A DNA stretch of 64,000 bases from Fidelibacterota bacterium (GCA_021734645.1 JAIPIQ010000001.1:3422-67421), one strand, 5' to 3'; counted from the stretch's first letter, positions 30,255 through 41,385 are shown. Translations and numbers: made by a program. Notes: generated by a model from the sequence alone, not told the origin.

Positions 30255-30760
30255 GAACGCTGGTCACGCTCTTCATGCTCTGGTTGGCGGCGGGTTTACA
30301 GACCATCTGGCCGCCGTGGGCCGTGCTGGCCGGCGCCCGCCCGCCCTGGCTGTTGGGCTTGAGCGTGTACTACGCATTGAGCGCCCGCCCCCCGCGCGCC
30401 TTGGTGGGGGCGCTGCTGACCGGTTTGGTGCAGGATGCCCTGAGCGCGACCCCGATGGGCTACAGCGCCGCGTGCCATTTGCTGCTGGCCGCATTCATCC
30501 TGCGGGTGCGCGCCGAGGTATTCGTGCGCCATTGGGCCACCCAGGCCCTCTTCGGCGCCCTCGGCGCCCTGACCACGGCCACGGCCCTCCTGTTTCTCCT
30601 GGCGCCCGCCGGGGCGGCCCATTGGCCGCCGGGACTCGTGTTGTGGCGCCTGGCGGGGTGGACGGTGGCCGGGTTGTTGGTCACGCCGCTGGCCTGTGCC
30701 CTGGCGTTGCGTCTCGAGCGCCTCCTGGGGCTGGGCGTCTATGTTGAGGCGCGCCCATGA
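30251..30760 (+). CDS. mreD: Rod shape-determining protein MreD (polytopic membrane protein)
   Basis: 169 aa, hydrophobic. Positioned between mreC and mrdA with 4-nt overlaps. Confidence 0.7.
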   Translation: MRTLVTLFMLWLAAGLQTIWPPWAVLAGARPPWLLGLSVYYALSARPPRALVGALLTGLVQDALSATPMGYSAACHLLLAAFILRVRAEVFVRHWATQALFGALGALTTATALLFLLAPAGAAHWPPGLVLWRLAGWTVAGLLVTPLACALALRLERLLGLGVYVEARP

Positions 30761-32574
30761 GCCCCCCTCTGACCCGCTCCCAGATCCCTTTCCTGCGGTT
30801 GCATCTGCTCATAGCCGGCATGGCCGCAACCGGTATTCTGCTGGTGGCCATGCTCTGGCGGATTCAGGTCGCCCGCGGCCCGCGCTATGAACATGATCTG
30901 GCCTTGCAAAGCCTGCGCCGGATTCGGGTGCCGGGCATGCGCGGCCGCATGTTCGACCGGCACGGGATGGCCCTGGCCGATAACCGCCCCAGTTACGCTG
31001 TGGCCCTCTATCTCGAAGAGTTGCGCCTGGCGGGACGCCGCAGCAGCACGGAGATCGAAGCGTTGGTCAAAGAGTTGAGCGAGCGCCTGCAGTTGCCGCC
31101 GACCCTCACGCGGCAGGATATTCTGACGCATCAGCGGCTGCGCCTGCCCTTGCCCCTGGTGGCCTGGCGCAACCTGGACGACGCGGCCCTGGCGCGCTGG
31201 GCCGAACGGGCGGCGGACTTGCCGGGGGTGGGGCTGCTGATCGAAGCCGAGCGGATGTATCCCCAGGGGGCGCTGGCTGGGCACACGCTCGGCTACGTGG
31301 GCCGGGCGGATCCGGTTCAGGATGGCGACCAGCCTTATCACTATCATTTGCCGGAAATGGAAGGGCGCCGCGGGCTGGAGCGGCAGTTTGACGCGCTCCT
31401 GCGCGGGCAGCCCGGGGGCCGATTGGTGCGGGTGGATGTGGCGGGATTCCGGCACGATGATTTGGGTGTGCGTGCGCCGGAGGCCGGGGCCGACCTGCTC
31501 CTGACCTTGGACCATCGTATTCAGGCCCTGGCGGAGGAAGCACTGGCCGGCCAGGTGGGGGCCGCGGTGGTGCTGGATCCGCGCAACGGGGATGTGCTGG
31601 CGCTGGCCAGCGCCCCGGGTTTTGATCCGAATCTGTTTGTGCCGCGCGTGTCGGCGGCCCTATGGCGCGAGTTGCTGGCCGATGAGGATAAGCCCCTGAT
31701 CCATCGGGCCGCGGCGGGTCAGTATCCGCCCGGCAGCACATTCAAGCCGGTGGTCGCGCTGGCCGGTCTGGAGCTGGCTGGCCAGCGCCCGGCGACCCGC
31801 TATGATTGCCCGGGGTACATTCAGATGGGGCGCCGCCGCTTTGCCTGCTGGTATCACGCCGGTCATGGATCGCTCGACATGCGTCAAAGTCTCCAGCATT
31901 CCTGCAATGTATACTACTATCGCCTGGCCTTGGAAATCGGTCCGGAGCCCATTGTGCGCATGGCCGAGCGCCTGGGGCTGGGCGCGCGCACCGGGATCGA
32001 GCTGGACTATGAAGCGCCCGGCCTGCTGCCCTCGCCGACGTGGAAGCGTGAAACCCAGGGGGATGCCTGGCGCGAGGGGGATACCTGCAATTTTTCCATC
32101 GGCCAGGGCGCCTTGACGGTTACGCCGCTGCAAATGGCGGCCTTGACCGCCGCCATTGCCAACGGCGGGCGCTTGTACCGGCCCCGGCTGGTGCAGGGCA
32201 TCCGCGCGCCGGAGGCGGAGCGGTTCGTCGAGCAACCGATTGAATTGTCCCGGCGGATGGCCTGGACGCCCGCCCACCTCGATATTATCCGCGGGGGGAT
32301 GCGGGATGTGGTCATGGCGCCCCGGGGGACGGGCCGGTTGGCGGCGATTCCCGGGATCCCGGCGGCCGGCAAGACCGGCACCGCCCAGTATGGCCGCCTC
32401 GAGGCCGGGCTCAAGTACGGCTGGATGATCGCCTATATCCCCGCCGAGCACCCGCGTTATGCGGTGGCGATCGTGGTGGACCGCGCGCTCAGCGGCGGCA
32501 GCACCGTGGCCCCGCTGATGCGAAGGTTGTTCGAGGGGCTGTTCGCCCTGCACCCTACAGGAGAGGCCGGATGA
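30757..32574 (+). CDS. mrdA: Penicillin-binding protein 2 (peptidoglycan D,D-transpeptidase)
   Basis: STFKP (SxxK), SCN (SxN) and KTGT motifs. 605 aa. Confidence 0.9.
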   Translation: MSPPLTRSQIPFLRLHLLIAGMAATGILLVAMLWRIQVARGPRYEHDLALQSLRRIRVPGMRGRMFDRHGMALADNRPSYAVALYLEELRLAGRRSSTEIEALVKELSERLQLPPTLTRQDILTHQRLRLPLPLVAWRNLDDAALARWAERAADLPGVGLLIEAERMYPQGALAGHTLGYVGRADPVQDGDQPYHYHLPEMEGRRGLERQFDALLRGQPGGRLVRVDVAGFRHDDLGVRAPEAGADLLLTLDHRIQALAEEALAGQVGAAVVLDPRNGDVLALASAPGFDPNLFVPRVSAALWRELLADEDKPLIHRAAAGQYPPGSTFKPVVALAGLELAGQRPATRYDCPGYIQMGRRRFACWYHAGHGSLDMRQSLQHSCNVYYYRLALEIGPEPIVRMAERLGLGARTGIELDYEAPGLLPSPTWKRETQGDAWREGDTCNFSIGQGALTVTPLQMAALTAAIANGGRLYRPRLVQGIRAPEAERFVEQPIELSRRMAWTPAHLDIIRGGMRDVVMAPRGTGRLAAIPGIPAAGKTGTAQYGRLEAGLKYGWMIAYIPAEHPRYAVAIVVDRALSGGSTVAPLMRRLFEGLFALHPTGEAG

Positions 32575-33689
32575 GTTCCCTGGCCGCCCAAACCCTGGCC
32601 ACCTGGCGCCGACTCCATTGGAGTTCCCTGTTGTGCCTTCTGCTGCTGACCATCGGCGGGGTGGCGTTTGTCTATAGCGCCTGCTATCGCGGGGATGGCC
32701 TGCCGGTCGCGCCCTTCTACCGCAAACAGATGTACTGGGCCGTGGCCGGCTGGAGCGCGCTGTTCGTGGCGGCTGCCGTGGATTACCGGCGCCTCGAGGA
32801 ACTCGCGCCCTGGCTGTATGGCGCGGTGATCGTGCTGCTGATTATGACGTTGGTTATGGGGGTGACCATGAACCGGGCCCAGCGCTGGATTTCGCTGTTC
32901 GGCATGCAGGTCCAGCCCTCTGAATTCGCCAAGCTCGGACTGATTCTCATGGGCGCCTTCTTTTTGAGCCGTCCGGGGCGCGACTTGGAATCGCCCTGGG
33001 TGCCCTTGCAGGTTCTGCTGTTGCTGGGGCCGCCCTTCGTTTTGATCATGAAGCAACCGGATCTGGGCACGGCGATGGTGCTGGTACCGATTGCCGTGGC
33101 CCAACTGTGGGTGGCCGGCGTGCCGGTGCGTTATCTGTTGCGCTGGGCGCTGGCGGCCGTGCCGGTGCTGCCCATGGGGTGGCTGATGCTCGGGGAATAT
33201 CAACGCAACCGACTGCTGGTCTTTATTGACCCCGGCCGGGATCCGCTCGGCGCCGGCTGGAACAAGATCCAGTCGGAAATTGCCGTGGGGTCGGGCGGGC
33301 TGTGGGGCAAGGGATTTCTGAACGGAACCCAGAACGTGCTCGGCTTTCTGCCCCGTTCGGTCGCGCCCACGGATTTCATCTATTCGGTCGTGGCCGAGGA
33401 GACGGGCTTTGTCGGTTCTGTGGTATTGGTTTTGTTGTATGGCGGGGTGTTGTGGGGCTGCTATCGGGCCGCCGTGCGGGCGCGCGATGCCTTCGGGCGC
33501 CTGTTGGCGGTGGGCGTGACGACCCTCTTGTTCACGCACTTGTTCATCAACCTGGCCATGACGATCGGGCTGATGCCGATCACGGGCTTGCCCCTGCCCC
33601 TGATTAGCTACGGCGGTTCATTTATGCTCAGCACCCTGCTCGCACTCGGGCTGGTGCAAAGCGTGTACTCGCGGAGGACGCGCGCCTAG
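32571..33689 (+). CDS. rodA: Peptidoglycan glycosyltransferase RodA (SEDS family)
   Basis: 372 aa multi-TM protein of the FtsW/RodA family. Follows mrdA. Confidence 0.9.
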   Translation: MSSLAAQTLATWRRLHWSSLLCLLLLTIGGVAFVYSACYRGDGLPVAPFYRKQMYWAVAGWSALFVAAAVDYRRLEELAPWLYGAVIVLLIMTLVMGVTMNRAQRWISLFGMQVQPSEFAKLGLILMGAFFLSRPGRDLESPWVPLQVLLLLGPPFVLIMKQPDLGTAMVLVPIAVAQLWVAGVPVRYLLRWALAAVPVLPMGWLMLGEYQRNRLLVFIDPGRDPLGAGWNKIQSEIAVGSGGLWGKGFLNGTQNVLGFLPRSVAPTDFIYSVVAEETGFVGSVVLVLLYGGVLWGCYRAAVRARDAFGRLLAVGVTTLLFTHLFINLAMTIGLMPITGLPLPLISYGGSFMLSTLLALGLVQSVYSRRTRA

Positions 33690-33731
33690 CGCGCCCCCGC
33701 CTTAATAACGGAAAGAGAGAGAGAAGATAAA

Positions 33732-35294
33732 ATGTTATTCAATAAGAAGATCAGCAAGGAAATTGTGATCAATGTCGAAAGCCTGGAAACCCGCGTGGCG
33801 GTGCTGGACCAGGGGCGCCTCGAAGGATTTTTTGTCGAGCGCAACAGTGAGGAGCGGATGGTCGGCAGCATTTTCAAGGGCCGGATTCAGAACCTCGAGG
33901 ATGGCCTGCAGGCCGCGTTCGTGGATATCGGGGCGCGCAAGAATGCGTTCATCCACTATTGGGATATGATTCCCGAGGATGCCGCCCGGCTGGAAGCCGA
34001 GGAGGGCGTCAAGACCAAGACCAACCGCAAGAAGCGTTATGAACCCGGCGAAATGGCCAAGCAGTTCCCGCAGGGCTCGGAGATCATTGTGCAGGTTACC
34101 AAGGATGCCATTGGCACCAAGGGGCCTCGCGTGACCGCCAACTTGAGTATTCCCGGCCGCTACCTGGTGATGATGCCCGGCAGCGAACTCAAGGGGGTGT
34201 CCAAGAAAATTGATGATGCCAAGGAACGCGAGCGCCTGAAGAAGATTCTGGTGCGTCTGCCGGCCTTGCCGGGCATGGGGCTGATTGTGCGGACGGCCGG
34301 CGCGGGCGCGCGCAAGACCAGTTTCGTGCGCGATGTGCAGGCTTTGGTGGCAACCTGGAAAGAGATTGAAGAAGGCACGAAGAACACTCCGGCGCCCTGC
34401 CGGCTTTACCAGGAACCGGATCTGATCGAACGGATCGTGCGCGATGCCCTGACGGAGGAGATTGACCGGATCGTGGTGGATTCCCGCGAGGAATACGAAC
34501 GGCTCAAGGTGATCGTCAGCCGGTTTTCCCGGCGCGGCAAACACCGGCTTAAGCTCTATGACGGCGAAGCGCCGGTCTTCGAGCATTGCCAGGTGGACCA
34601 ACAGCTCGAAAACGCCTTCCGCCGCAAGGTCTGGCTCAAGTCCGGCGGCTACATCGTGTTTGACGAGACGGAGGCCCTGGTGGCGATTGACGTCAATACC
34701 GGCCGCCACAAGGGGGCCGCCACCCAGGAGGAGGCCATTCTCGAAGTCAATCTCGAGGCGGCCGATGAAGTGGCCCGCCAGATGCGTTTACGCAACATCG
34801 GCGGCCTGGTGGTGATTGACTTCATTGATATGCGTCACCGGCGGAACCAGAACCAGGTGTACAAGGCGCTCAAGGAGGCCCTGGCCAGTGATCGGGCGCG
34901 CACCAACGTGCTGCCCGTTTCCTCCCTGGGCTTGGTGGAAATGACCCGCCAGCGCGTCGAGGAAAGTATTCGTGCGGCCAATTACATGGATTGTCCCTAC
35001 TGTCGCGGACGCGGCAAAGTGCTGTCGGATCTGAGCATGAGCGTCGAGGTGCAGCGCCGCTTGATCGAGGTGCTCAAGCGCCATCGCAAGGAACCGGGTT
35101 TGCCCGTGCGGGTGATCGTCAACCCGGAGATCCTGGCCCGCCTCCAGCGCGAGGATGAAGATCTGCTGGTGGAAATCGAGAAGAAATACGATGCCCATTT
35201 GGCCTTTGCCGTGGATCCGCAACTGCACATTGAGCAGTTTGTGATTCAGCACGCCCAGTCTGGGGACGTCCTCTACCGGCACGAGGAGAATTGA
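33732..35294 (+). CDS. rng: Ribonuclease G/E family endoribonuclease
   Basis: 520 aa with an S1 domain and a DNase-I-like catalytic core. Classic neighbour of the mre cluster. Confidence 0.88.
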   Translation: MLFNKKISKEIVINVESLETRVAVLDQGRLEGFFVERNSEERMVGSIFKGRIQNLEDGLQAAFVDIGARKNAFIHYWDMIPEDAARLEAEEGVKTKTNRKKRYEPGEMAKQFPQGSEIIVQVTKDAIGTKGPRVTANLSIPGRYLVMMPGSELKGVSKKIDDAKERERLKKILVRLPALPGMGLIVRTAGAGARKTSFVRDVQALVATWKEIEEGTKNTPAPCRLYQEPDLIERIVRDALTEEIDRIVVDSREEYERLKVIVSRFSRRGKHRLKLYDGEAPVFEHCQVDQQLENAFRRKVWLKSGGYIVFDETEALVAIDVNTGRHKGAATQEEAILEVNLEAADEVARQMRLRNIGGLVVIDFIDMRHRRNQNQVYKALKEALASDRARTNVLPVSSLGLVEMTRQRVEESIRAANYMDCPYCRGRGKVLSDLSMSVEVQRRLIEVLKRHRKEPGLPVRVIVNPEILARLQREDEDLLVEIEKKYDAHLAFAVDPQLHIEQFVIQHAQSGDVLYRHEEN

Positions 35295-35312
35295 AGCGGC
35301 GGCGGCGTGGGG

Positions 35313-35322
35313 CGCCCGGGCG
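35313..35322. terminator. GC palindrome CGCCCGGGCG in the 31-nt gap between convergent rng and TPR genes. Possible bidirectional terminator stem, with no U-tract.
   Basis: Seen in sequence. Self-complementary 10-mer. Confidence 0.2.
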
Positions 35323-35325
35323 GGT

Positions 35326-35997
35326 TCAATCCAGGATATCGAAAGCGCGGACCGCCTGGGTGCAGCGTTCGACCTGCTGCACATAGACGTTCAGGCGGTC
35401 GCCCTGGGGGAAACGTGCTCGATACAACTCGTAGGCTTTGAGGGCGGCCCGCCGGGCGGCTTCGAATTCCCCGGCGGCGAAATAGGCTTCGGCGAGGGTG
35501 CTCCACACGTGGTGGTCCTCCGGGGCGAGGATCATGGCGTTGCGGGCCAGGTCCAGGGCGCGCGCCGGATCACGGATTTCCGGTTCCAGGGTGGTGGCCA
35601 ACAGCCAGGCGTAGTTATTCAGCACAGCGTGGTCTTCCGGGAAATCCACGAGCATCTTTTCCCACAGGCCGACGGCCTGCCGGGCGTAGCCCTTTTCCAC
35701 GAAGACGGTACTCAGACCGAAACGCGCCGACCGGTTCATCCTGTCGGCCAGCAGTACGCGCTCGAATGCATGCGCGGCCTCATCGAGGTTTCTTTCGCCC
35801 AGTTGCGCAAAACCCCACCGCACCACTTCCTCCGTTTGGCCTTCGTTCAGTTCCGCCACATCCGCGAAGGGCGCCGTCAACCGGGCGGCAGGGGCAGGTT
35901 GCTGGCTCACGGCCAGGGTCTGCGCGCCCGCATCCCGTCCAAGCAGTCCGAGCAGCAGGCCCAGGCCAAGACCCGCGACCAATGGTTTGCTGTTCAT
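35326..35997 (-). CDS. Secreted tetratricopeptide-repeat protein
   Basis: Signal-peptide-like N-terminus and TPR-like repeats. Its start overlaps the cdaR stop by 4 nt. Confidence 0.7.
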   Translation of the reverse strand: MNSKPLVAGLGLGLLLGLLGRDAGAQTLAVSQQPAPAARLTAPFADVAELNEGQTEEVVRWGFAQLGERNLDEAAHAFERVLLADRMNRSARFGLSTVFVEKGYARQAVGLWEKMLVDFPEDHAVLNNYAWLLATTLEPEIRDPARALDLARNAMILAPEDHHVWSTLAEAYFAAGEFEAARRAALKAYELYRARFPQGDRLNVYVQQVERCTQAVRAFDILD

Positions 35998-37001
35998 GGT
36001 GTTCCTTCACTTTCTTCGTTGAGATGATTGTTGGCGCCCGTGCCTTCGGGGGGCGCGCCATTGGGCGGCGGGGGATCGAGCAGGACTTCGGCCACGGGGG
36101 GGGTGATGGCCGTGGCGCGCAAGCCGGACGGCAAGGTGACCCGCACCGGGAGTTGGTATTGTCCCGTGGGCAGATCGGAAAATTCGACGAAGGCCGTGAC
36201 TTCGTTGGATTGCAAGGTTTCCAGTTGCTCCGGCTGGCCCATGACCTCGACCGTCACCCGCAGGGGACGCAAGCCAATCCGTTGGGCCTCCTGGGGACTG
36301 GTGAGCAGGCGGACCGGTACATCCGCGATCAGGCGGCGGGCGGAGCGCTCGATGATCTTCACCTCGACGCTGATGCGGTTGGGGTCCACTGTGGCGTCAA
36401 TGGCGTCCGGCGGCAGGACAACATTTTCGCGGCTGCGGAATGAGCGGATGCGGCCATCCAGAGTAATGGGCGTCAGGCGGAGATGGTCCACCTCGCGCAG
36501 GCTGGCTTCCGGCCCGCTGAGCTGCACGATGGCGGGCGTACACTCGAAGCGCTCGAGGGCGAAACCTGGTTCAGGCAGCCCGCTGAATTCGGCTTTGACG
36601 GGCACCAGTTTCTCGATTTTCCGATCCAGCATCAGGCTGATTTGCGCGGGGCGCAGGCGGACGACGCGGGCCGCCGTCGCGGCCCGGACGTCCGAAGGCC
36701 GCAGGGTGACCATCTGCGCGCCGGCCGCCGTCATTCGCCGGGCGTCCACCAGGACCCGGACCTGATCGCGATGCAGTCGCAGCAGGTCATCCTGGGCGCC
36801 GCGGAACGTTACGTCCACGGTCGTTTCCGAACTGTCGAGCACGGCCCAACCGTCTTCGGTTTCGATTTGCAGGGCGATATCCGTGATTTCCCGTTCGGCG
36901 TTGATCGTGCCCTGAATGGCGTACCACGAGATTGTGGCCAAACCCAGCGCCAGCAATTTCAGGCGCTTGCGGCCCAGCACCTTTGACCAGAACGGGCTCA
37001 T
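35994..37001 (-). CDS. cdaR: YbbR-domain protein (CdaR, regulator of diadenylate cyclase)
   Basis: 335 aa with an N-terminal TM segment and repeated YbbR-like beta domains. Immediately downstream of cdaA. Confidence 0.78.
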   Translation of the reverse strand: MSPFWSKVLGRKRLKLLALGLATISWYAIQGTINAEREITDIALQIETEDGWAVLDSSETTVDVTFRGAQDDLLRLHRDQVRVLVDARRMTAAGAQMVTLRPSDVRAATAARVVRLRPAQISLMLDRKIEKLVPVKAEFSGLPEPGFALERFECTPAIVQLSGPEASLREVDHLRLTPITLDGRIRSFRSRENVVLPPDAIDATVDPNRISVEVKIIERSARRLIADVPVRLLTSPQEAQRIGLRPLRVTVEVMGQPEQLETLQSNEVTAFVEFSDLPTGQYQLPVRVTLPSGLRATAITPPVAEVLLDPPPPNGAPPEGTGANNHLNEESEGTP

Positions 37002-37870
37002 GCGCCTTCCCCCCGGCCGGCTTCAGCGTTATGGGAGCGCGCCTCGGCCCGCGCCAGGCCCTCCGGGGTCAAATCCAGTTCGCCCTGGGCGCGGGACAGC
37101 CGGCTGCGCCGGGCCATCCGGCGCAGAATACCGGTCAGGATTCGCTGGAGCCGCTGTTCATCGAGGCCCCGGATCAGGCGGCCGCGATAGGCCACCGAGA
37201 TCGTGCCCGTTTCCTCGGAGACCACCACCACCACGGCGTCGGATTCTTCGCTCAACCCGATGGCGGCCCGATGCCGCGTGCCCAGGGAACGGCTGATCTC
37301 GCTGCGCTGACTGAGGGGAAATACGCAGCCGGCGGCCGCAATCCGATTCTCGCGCAGAATGGCGCCCCCGTCGTGCAGCGGGGTATGGGGAAAGAAGAGG
37401 GTGGCCAGCAGCTCGGCGCTCAGTTGGCTGTCCAGCCGGACCCCGGTTTCCTGGATGCCGCGCAGGCCGATATCGCGTTCGAGGGCGATCAGCGCGCCGA
37501 TTTTCTGGGCGGCGAGCAGGTGGACGGCCTTGACGACCTGCTCGACCAGATCCTGCCGGTCCTTGGGCGAAGCGAACATGCGCTGGGTCCCCAGTTGCGC
37601 GAGGGCGCGGCGAACCTCCGGCTGGAAGATGATCACAAAGGCGATGGCCAGGTATACGGACAGGCGGCTGATGATCCAGTTGAGGGTGGCCAGGGTGAAG
37701 ACCTCGGTGATAATGAGCAGGGCGAAGAGGGCGAGGACGAAGCCGGAGAGCACGGAGGCGCCGCGGGTGCCGTGGAAGAAAAGCATGACATAGTAAAGCG
37801 CCACGGCCAGAACCAGGATTTCGAGCATCCCGTCCCATTTGGGCCAATTGACTACGGACAACACGTTCAC
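36998..37870 (-). CDS. cdaA: Diadenylate cyclase CdaA (c-di-AMP synthase)
   Basis: Three N-terminal TM helices and a DAC domain with LHDGGAIL (DGA) and GTRHRAAIG (RHR) motifs. Confidence 0.9.
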   Translation of the reverse strand: MNVLSVVNWPKWDGMLEILVLAVALYYVMLFFHGTRGASVLSGFVLALFALLIITEVFTLATLNWIISRLSVYLAIAFVIIFQPEVRRALAQLGTQRMFASPKDRQDLVEQVVKAVHLLAAQKIGALIALERDIGLRGIQETGVRLDSQLSAELLATLFFPHTPLHDGGAILRENRIAAAGCVFPLSQRSEISRSLGTRHRAAIGLSEESDAVVVVVSEETGTISVAYRGRLIRGLDEQRLQRILTGILRRMARRSRLSRAQGELDLTPEGLARAEARSHNAEAGRGEGA

Positions 37871-38727
37871 GACAAGGCTTCCTCTCGGGCGATTCTAGCC
37901 ACAAGGGTCAGCAGATCGCAAGTTTCTTCTACATCATGCACGCGCAGCATGTCGGCGCCGTGCAGGGCGGCCCAGGCGGCGGCGCCCAAGCTGCCCGCCA
38001 GCCGCCCGCCGACTTCCCGGCCGGTCAATTCACCGAGGAATCGTTTGCGGGAGACGCCGACGGCGAGTGGGCGCCCGGCGATGCGGAGTTCCGGCAGGTG
38101 GGCCAACAGGGCCAGATTGTGTTCGAGACGTTTGCCGAAACCGATGCCGGGATCCAGGGCGAGCTGTTCGGGCGCCAGTCCGGCGGCGAGGCAGGCGTCC
38201 ACCCGCGCCGCCAGCCAGGCGCGCACGTCCTGGGGCGCATGGGTGTAAGCGGGGGCGGTTTGCATGGTTTCCGGCTGGCCCTGCATGTGCATCAGGATGA
38301 CGCCCGCGCCGCTGTCGCGGGCCAGGGCGGGCATGGCCGGGTCGGCGGTCAGGGCTGAGATGTCATTGATAATCCGGGCGCCGGCGGCCAGGGCCACGCG
38401 GGCGACCGCCGCCTTGCGGGTGTCAATCGAAAGGGGGATGCGGAGCCGGCCGGCCAGAGCCTCGAGGACAGGGCCGACGCGCGCCAGCTCCTGGTCCGCC
38501 GTCACCGGCCGGGCGCCGGGGCGCGTGGACTCCCCGCCGATATCAATCAGGTCCGCGCCCTGGGCCTCCATTTCGAGCGCGCGCGCCACCGCGGCCGCCG
38601 GTTGGTCAAACCGGCCGCCGTCTGAAAACGAATCCGGCGTGCAATTCAATACACCCATAACCAGGGGGCGCGCGCCGGGCCGCAGGGTCCGGTCGCCGCA
38701 GCGCCACACCCAGGCGCCGGGGCCCAC
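37867..38727 (-). CDS. folP: Dihydropteroate synthase
   Basis: [18 protein letters not shown]... pterin-binding domain. Confidence 0.9.
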   Translation of the reverse strand: MGPGAWVWRCGDRTLRPGARPLVMGVLNCTPDSFSDGGRFDQPAAAVARALEMEAQGADLIDIGGESTRPGARPVTADQELARVGPVLEALAGRLRIPLSIDTRKAAVARVALAAGARIINDISALTADPAMPALARDSGAGVILMHMQGQPETMQTAPAYTHAPQDVRAWLAARVDACLAAGLAPEQLALDPGIGFGKRLEHNLALLAHLPELRIAGRPLAVGVSRKRFLGELTGREVGGRLAGSLGAAAWAALHGADMLRVHDVEETCDLLTLVARIAREEALS

Positions 38728-40709
38728 GCCCGGTTTTCCGTTGATTGCCCCGCCTCGTCAGTGGGCGGCTTGGCCATGGCTGGTTCTGCTTCCGTGCGTT
38801 CGGCCGGGTCGAGGATTCTGCAGTGGGCCAGGATGTCCATGACCTCGCGACCATCCAGGGTTTCCCGTTCGAGGAGGAGCTGGGCGATCTGATCGAGGGC
38901 CTCGCGGCGCTGGGTCAGAATGGCGGTGGCGCGTTCGAAGGCTTCGTTGAGCAGGCGGCTGATTTCCTGGTCAATCTGGCGGGCCGTATTATCGCTGTGG
39001 TCTATATGGCGGGCGACCTCGCGCCCGAGGAAGAGGAGTTCTTCGCGTTCGCCAAAGGATTGGGGGCCCAGCAAGGGGCTCATGCCCCATTCGCAGACCA
39101 TCATGCGGGCGATATGCGAGGCCTGGCGCAAATCGCTCTGGGCGCCGGTGGTAATGTCGTTCAAGGCCAGGGTTTCGGCGGCGCGGCCGCCCATCAGGCC
39201 CGCCATCATATCGAGCAGTCGGCTGCGGCTCTGGGTATAACGGTCCTTCTCCGGCAATTGCATCGTCGAGCCCAGGGCCGCGCCCCGGGGAATGATCGTC
39301 ACCTTGTGCAGGGGCTCGCTCTCGGGGACATCGTGCAGCACGATGGCATGCCCGGCTTCGTGATAGGCCGTCAACTTCTTCTCTTGATCGTCCAGGGTCC
39401 GGCTGCGCCGCTCCCGGCCCCAGCGCACCTTGTCGCGCGCTTCCTCGAGATCTTCCAGATCAATTTGTTTGGCGCCGCGGCGCGCCGCCAGCAGGGCGGC
39501 TTCGTTGATCAGGTTCATCAGGTCGGCGCCGGAAAAGCCCGGCGTGCCCCGGGCGACCCGGTGCAAATCCTTGGTCGAGCCCAGCTTGACCCGTTTGGCG
39601 TGCAGCCGCAAAATCTCCTCGCGGCCCTCGACGTTGGGCAGGTCCACGACGATCTGCCGGTCAAAGCGCCCGGGCCGCAACAGGGCCGGATCGAGGACGT
39701 CAGGCCGGTTGGTGGCCGCGACAATGATCACGCCCTCCTGGGTCTCGAAGCCGTCCATTTCCACCAGCAGCGCATTCAGGGTCTGTTCCCGTTCGTCGTG
39801 GCCGCCGCCGATGCCGGAGAAGCGGCTGCGGCCCACCGCGTCAATCTCATCAATGAAGATGATGCACGGCGCATGTTTCTTGCCCTGTTCAAACATGTCC
39901 CGGACGCGCGAGGCGCCCACGCCCACGAACATTTCCACGAAATCGGAGCCGCTGATGCTGAAAAAGGGCACCTGGGCTTCGCCGGCGATGGCGCGGGCCA
40001 GCAGGGTCTTGCCTGTGCCGGGCGAGCCCATCAATAGCACCCCTTTGGGAATCCGGCCGCCCAGACGCTGAAACCGCTTGGGATCTTTCAGAAACTCGAT
40101 GATTTCCTGCACTTCTTCCTTGGCCTCTTCGACCCCCGCCACATCCTCGAAGGTGACCTGGTTTTTCTCGCGGTTCAGCATCCGCGCCCGGCTCTTGCCA
40201 AAACTCATGGCGCCCCGGCCGGCCATGCGCATCTGGCGCGCGAACAGGAAGTAGAGCAGCCCCACGAAAAGCAGGAAAGGCAGGACGCTGCTCACCAGTT
40301 GGGACCAGAAGGGATTGGGCGAGGTGAACTTGAAGGCGATGCCCTGGGCGCGCAGCTCGCCGATCAAGTCGTCGGTGACCACAATATCCACCCGGAAGAG
40401 GCGCGGCTTGCCGGTGGCCTCATCAATTTCATTGAGCTGGCCGCGGATCTGCTGGGTGCCGCCGGGTTCGAGCACCACTTCGCACTCGCGCACCCGGTTC
40501 TGGGTCATGTATTCCGTAAAATCCGGATTGAAGGGAATTGTTTCGTAGCGGGGCTGGCGCGGGGCCACCGTGTGATAGACGATGGCGACGACGGCGACCA
40601 GCAGCAGCCAGACGGCCAACCCGCGCAGGGCGGGCGGCGGCGGGGTGGGCTTGCCCGGCGGCGGCGTGGGCGGCTTGGCCGCCGGGGGCGCTTCATTCAT
40701 CTCGGTCAT
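38646..40709 (-). CDS. ftsH: ATP-dependent zinc metalloprotease FtsH
   Basis: Walker [12 protein letters not shown] region, HEAGH zinc site and a Pro-rich N-terminus. Start taken at MTEMNE. Confidence 0.93.
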   Translation of the reverse strand: MTEMNEAPPAAKPPTPPPGKPTPPPPALRGLAVWLLLVAVVAIVYHTVAPRQPRYETIPFNPDFTEYMTQNRVRECEVVLEPGGTQQIRGQLNEIDEATGKPRLFRVDIVVTDDLIGELRAQGIAFKFTSPNPFWSQLVSSVLPFLLFVGLLYFLFARQMRMAGRGAMSFGKSRARMLNREKNQVTFEDVAGVEEAKEEVQEIIEFLKDPKRFQRLGGRIPKGVLLMGSPGTGKTLLARAIAGEAQVPFFSISGSDFVEMFVGVGASRVRDMFEQGKKHAPCIIFIDEIDAVGRSRFSGIGGGHDEREQTLNALLVEMDGFETQEGVIIVAATNRPDVLDPALLRPGRFDRQIVVDLPNVEGREEILRLHAKRVKLGSTKDLHRVARGTPGFSGADLMNLINEAALLAARRGAKQIDLEDLEEARDKVRWGRERRSRTLDDQEKKLTAYHEAGHAIVLHDVPESEPLHKVTIIPRGAALGSTMQLPEKDRYTQSRSRLLDMMAGLMGGRAAETLALNDITTGAQSDLRQASHIARMMVCEWGMSPLLGPQSFGEREELLFLGREVARHIDHSDNTARQIDQEISRLLNEAFERATAILTQRREALDQIAQLLLERETLDGREVMDILAHCRILDPAERTEAEPAMAKPPTDEAGQSTENRAWAPAPGCGAAATGPCGPARAPWLWVY

Positions 40710-40902
40710 GTCAAAATCCTTTCCCGGTCCCAACGCGGGCGGATCACCAACCGCACGGGTCCATACGTTTCGTAGTCTGTCCACCTTACCCCGTCCCGCG
40801 CGCGCTGGCAACCTTGACCTCGCGCTCCCCCATCAACCCGAATTCCGGGACGGAACGTGAATAGGGGGGCGGGGGGTTGCGTCAGTGGGTGTGGAGGCAG
40901 TC

Positions 40903-41334
40903 ATGATGAAGACGAAGAGCGTTTGGCGCGGTGGATGGCGGGTGAGCATGCTGGTCCTTGCGGGTCTGGCGGCCGCGGGGTGCGATGAGAGTGGCCGCAC
41001 CACCTACTACTCGGAGACGGAGGTGGTCGAAGAGGTCGTGGTGGATGCGCCTGGGGAGGCGGTGCAGGCCTATGCCCTCGATGTGCTGGTGCTGGATCCG
41101 TGGGGCGAGCCCCATCCGGCGGCCGCGGTCGAGGTGCACGTCACGACGTATCCCCAGCAGCGCTTCGCGAGCCGCACGGCGCCTGACGGCGCGGCCCGGT
41201 TCTCGTTCCAGGCCCCGCCGGGCACCGCCGTGCTGGCCTATGCCCGGGATGACCAGGGCGCCCAGGGCCTGATAGAAACCTACACCGACGCTCTCCCCGG
41301 ACTGATCACCCTGCGCCTGCCCATCGGCTACTGA
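40903..41334 (+). CDS. Hypothetical lipoprotein (signal peptide plus lipobox LAAAGC)
   Basis: MMKTKSVWRGGWRVSMLVLAGLAAAGC... An upstream alternative start lies at 40885. Confidence 0.5.
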   Translation: MMKTKSVWRGGWRVSMLVLAGLAAAGCDESGRTTYYSETEVVEEVVVDAPGEAVQAYALDVLVLDPWGEPHPAAAVEVHVTTYPQQRFASRTAPDGAARFSFQAPPGTAVLAYARDDQGAQGLIETYTDALPGLITLRLPIGY

Positions 41335-41385
41335 CCGCCCGCTGGCGCCTCGCCGTCCCGCCAGACAGCAGTGACGATCGGCATA

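Noticed and set aside
38646-38727. An 82-nt overlap of ftsH and folP could indicate a frameshift or misassembly
   Set aside because: Both reading frames give sensible protein ends or starts (the folP N-terminus aligns with E. coli FolP up to [12 protein letters not shown]). It is kept as a real overlap, but the exact folP start (38727 versus 38658) is uncertain.
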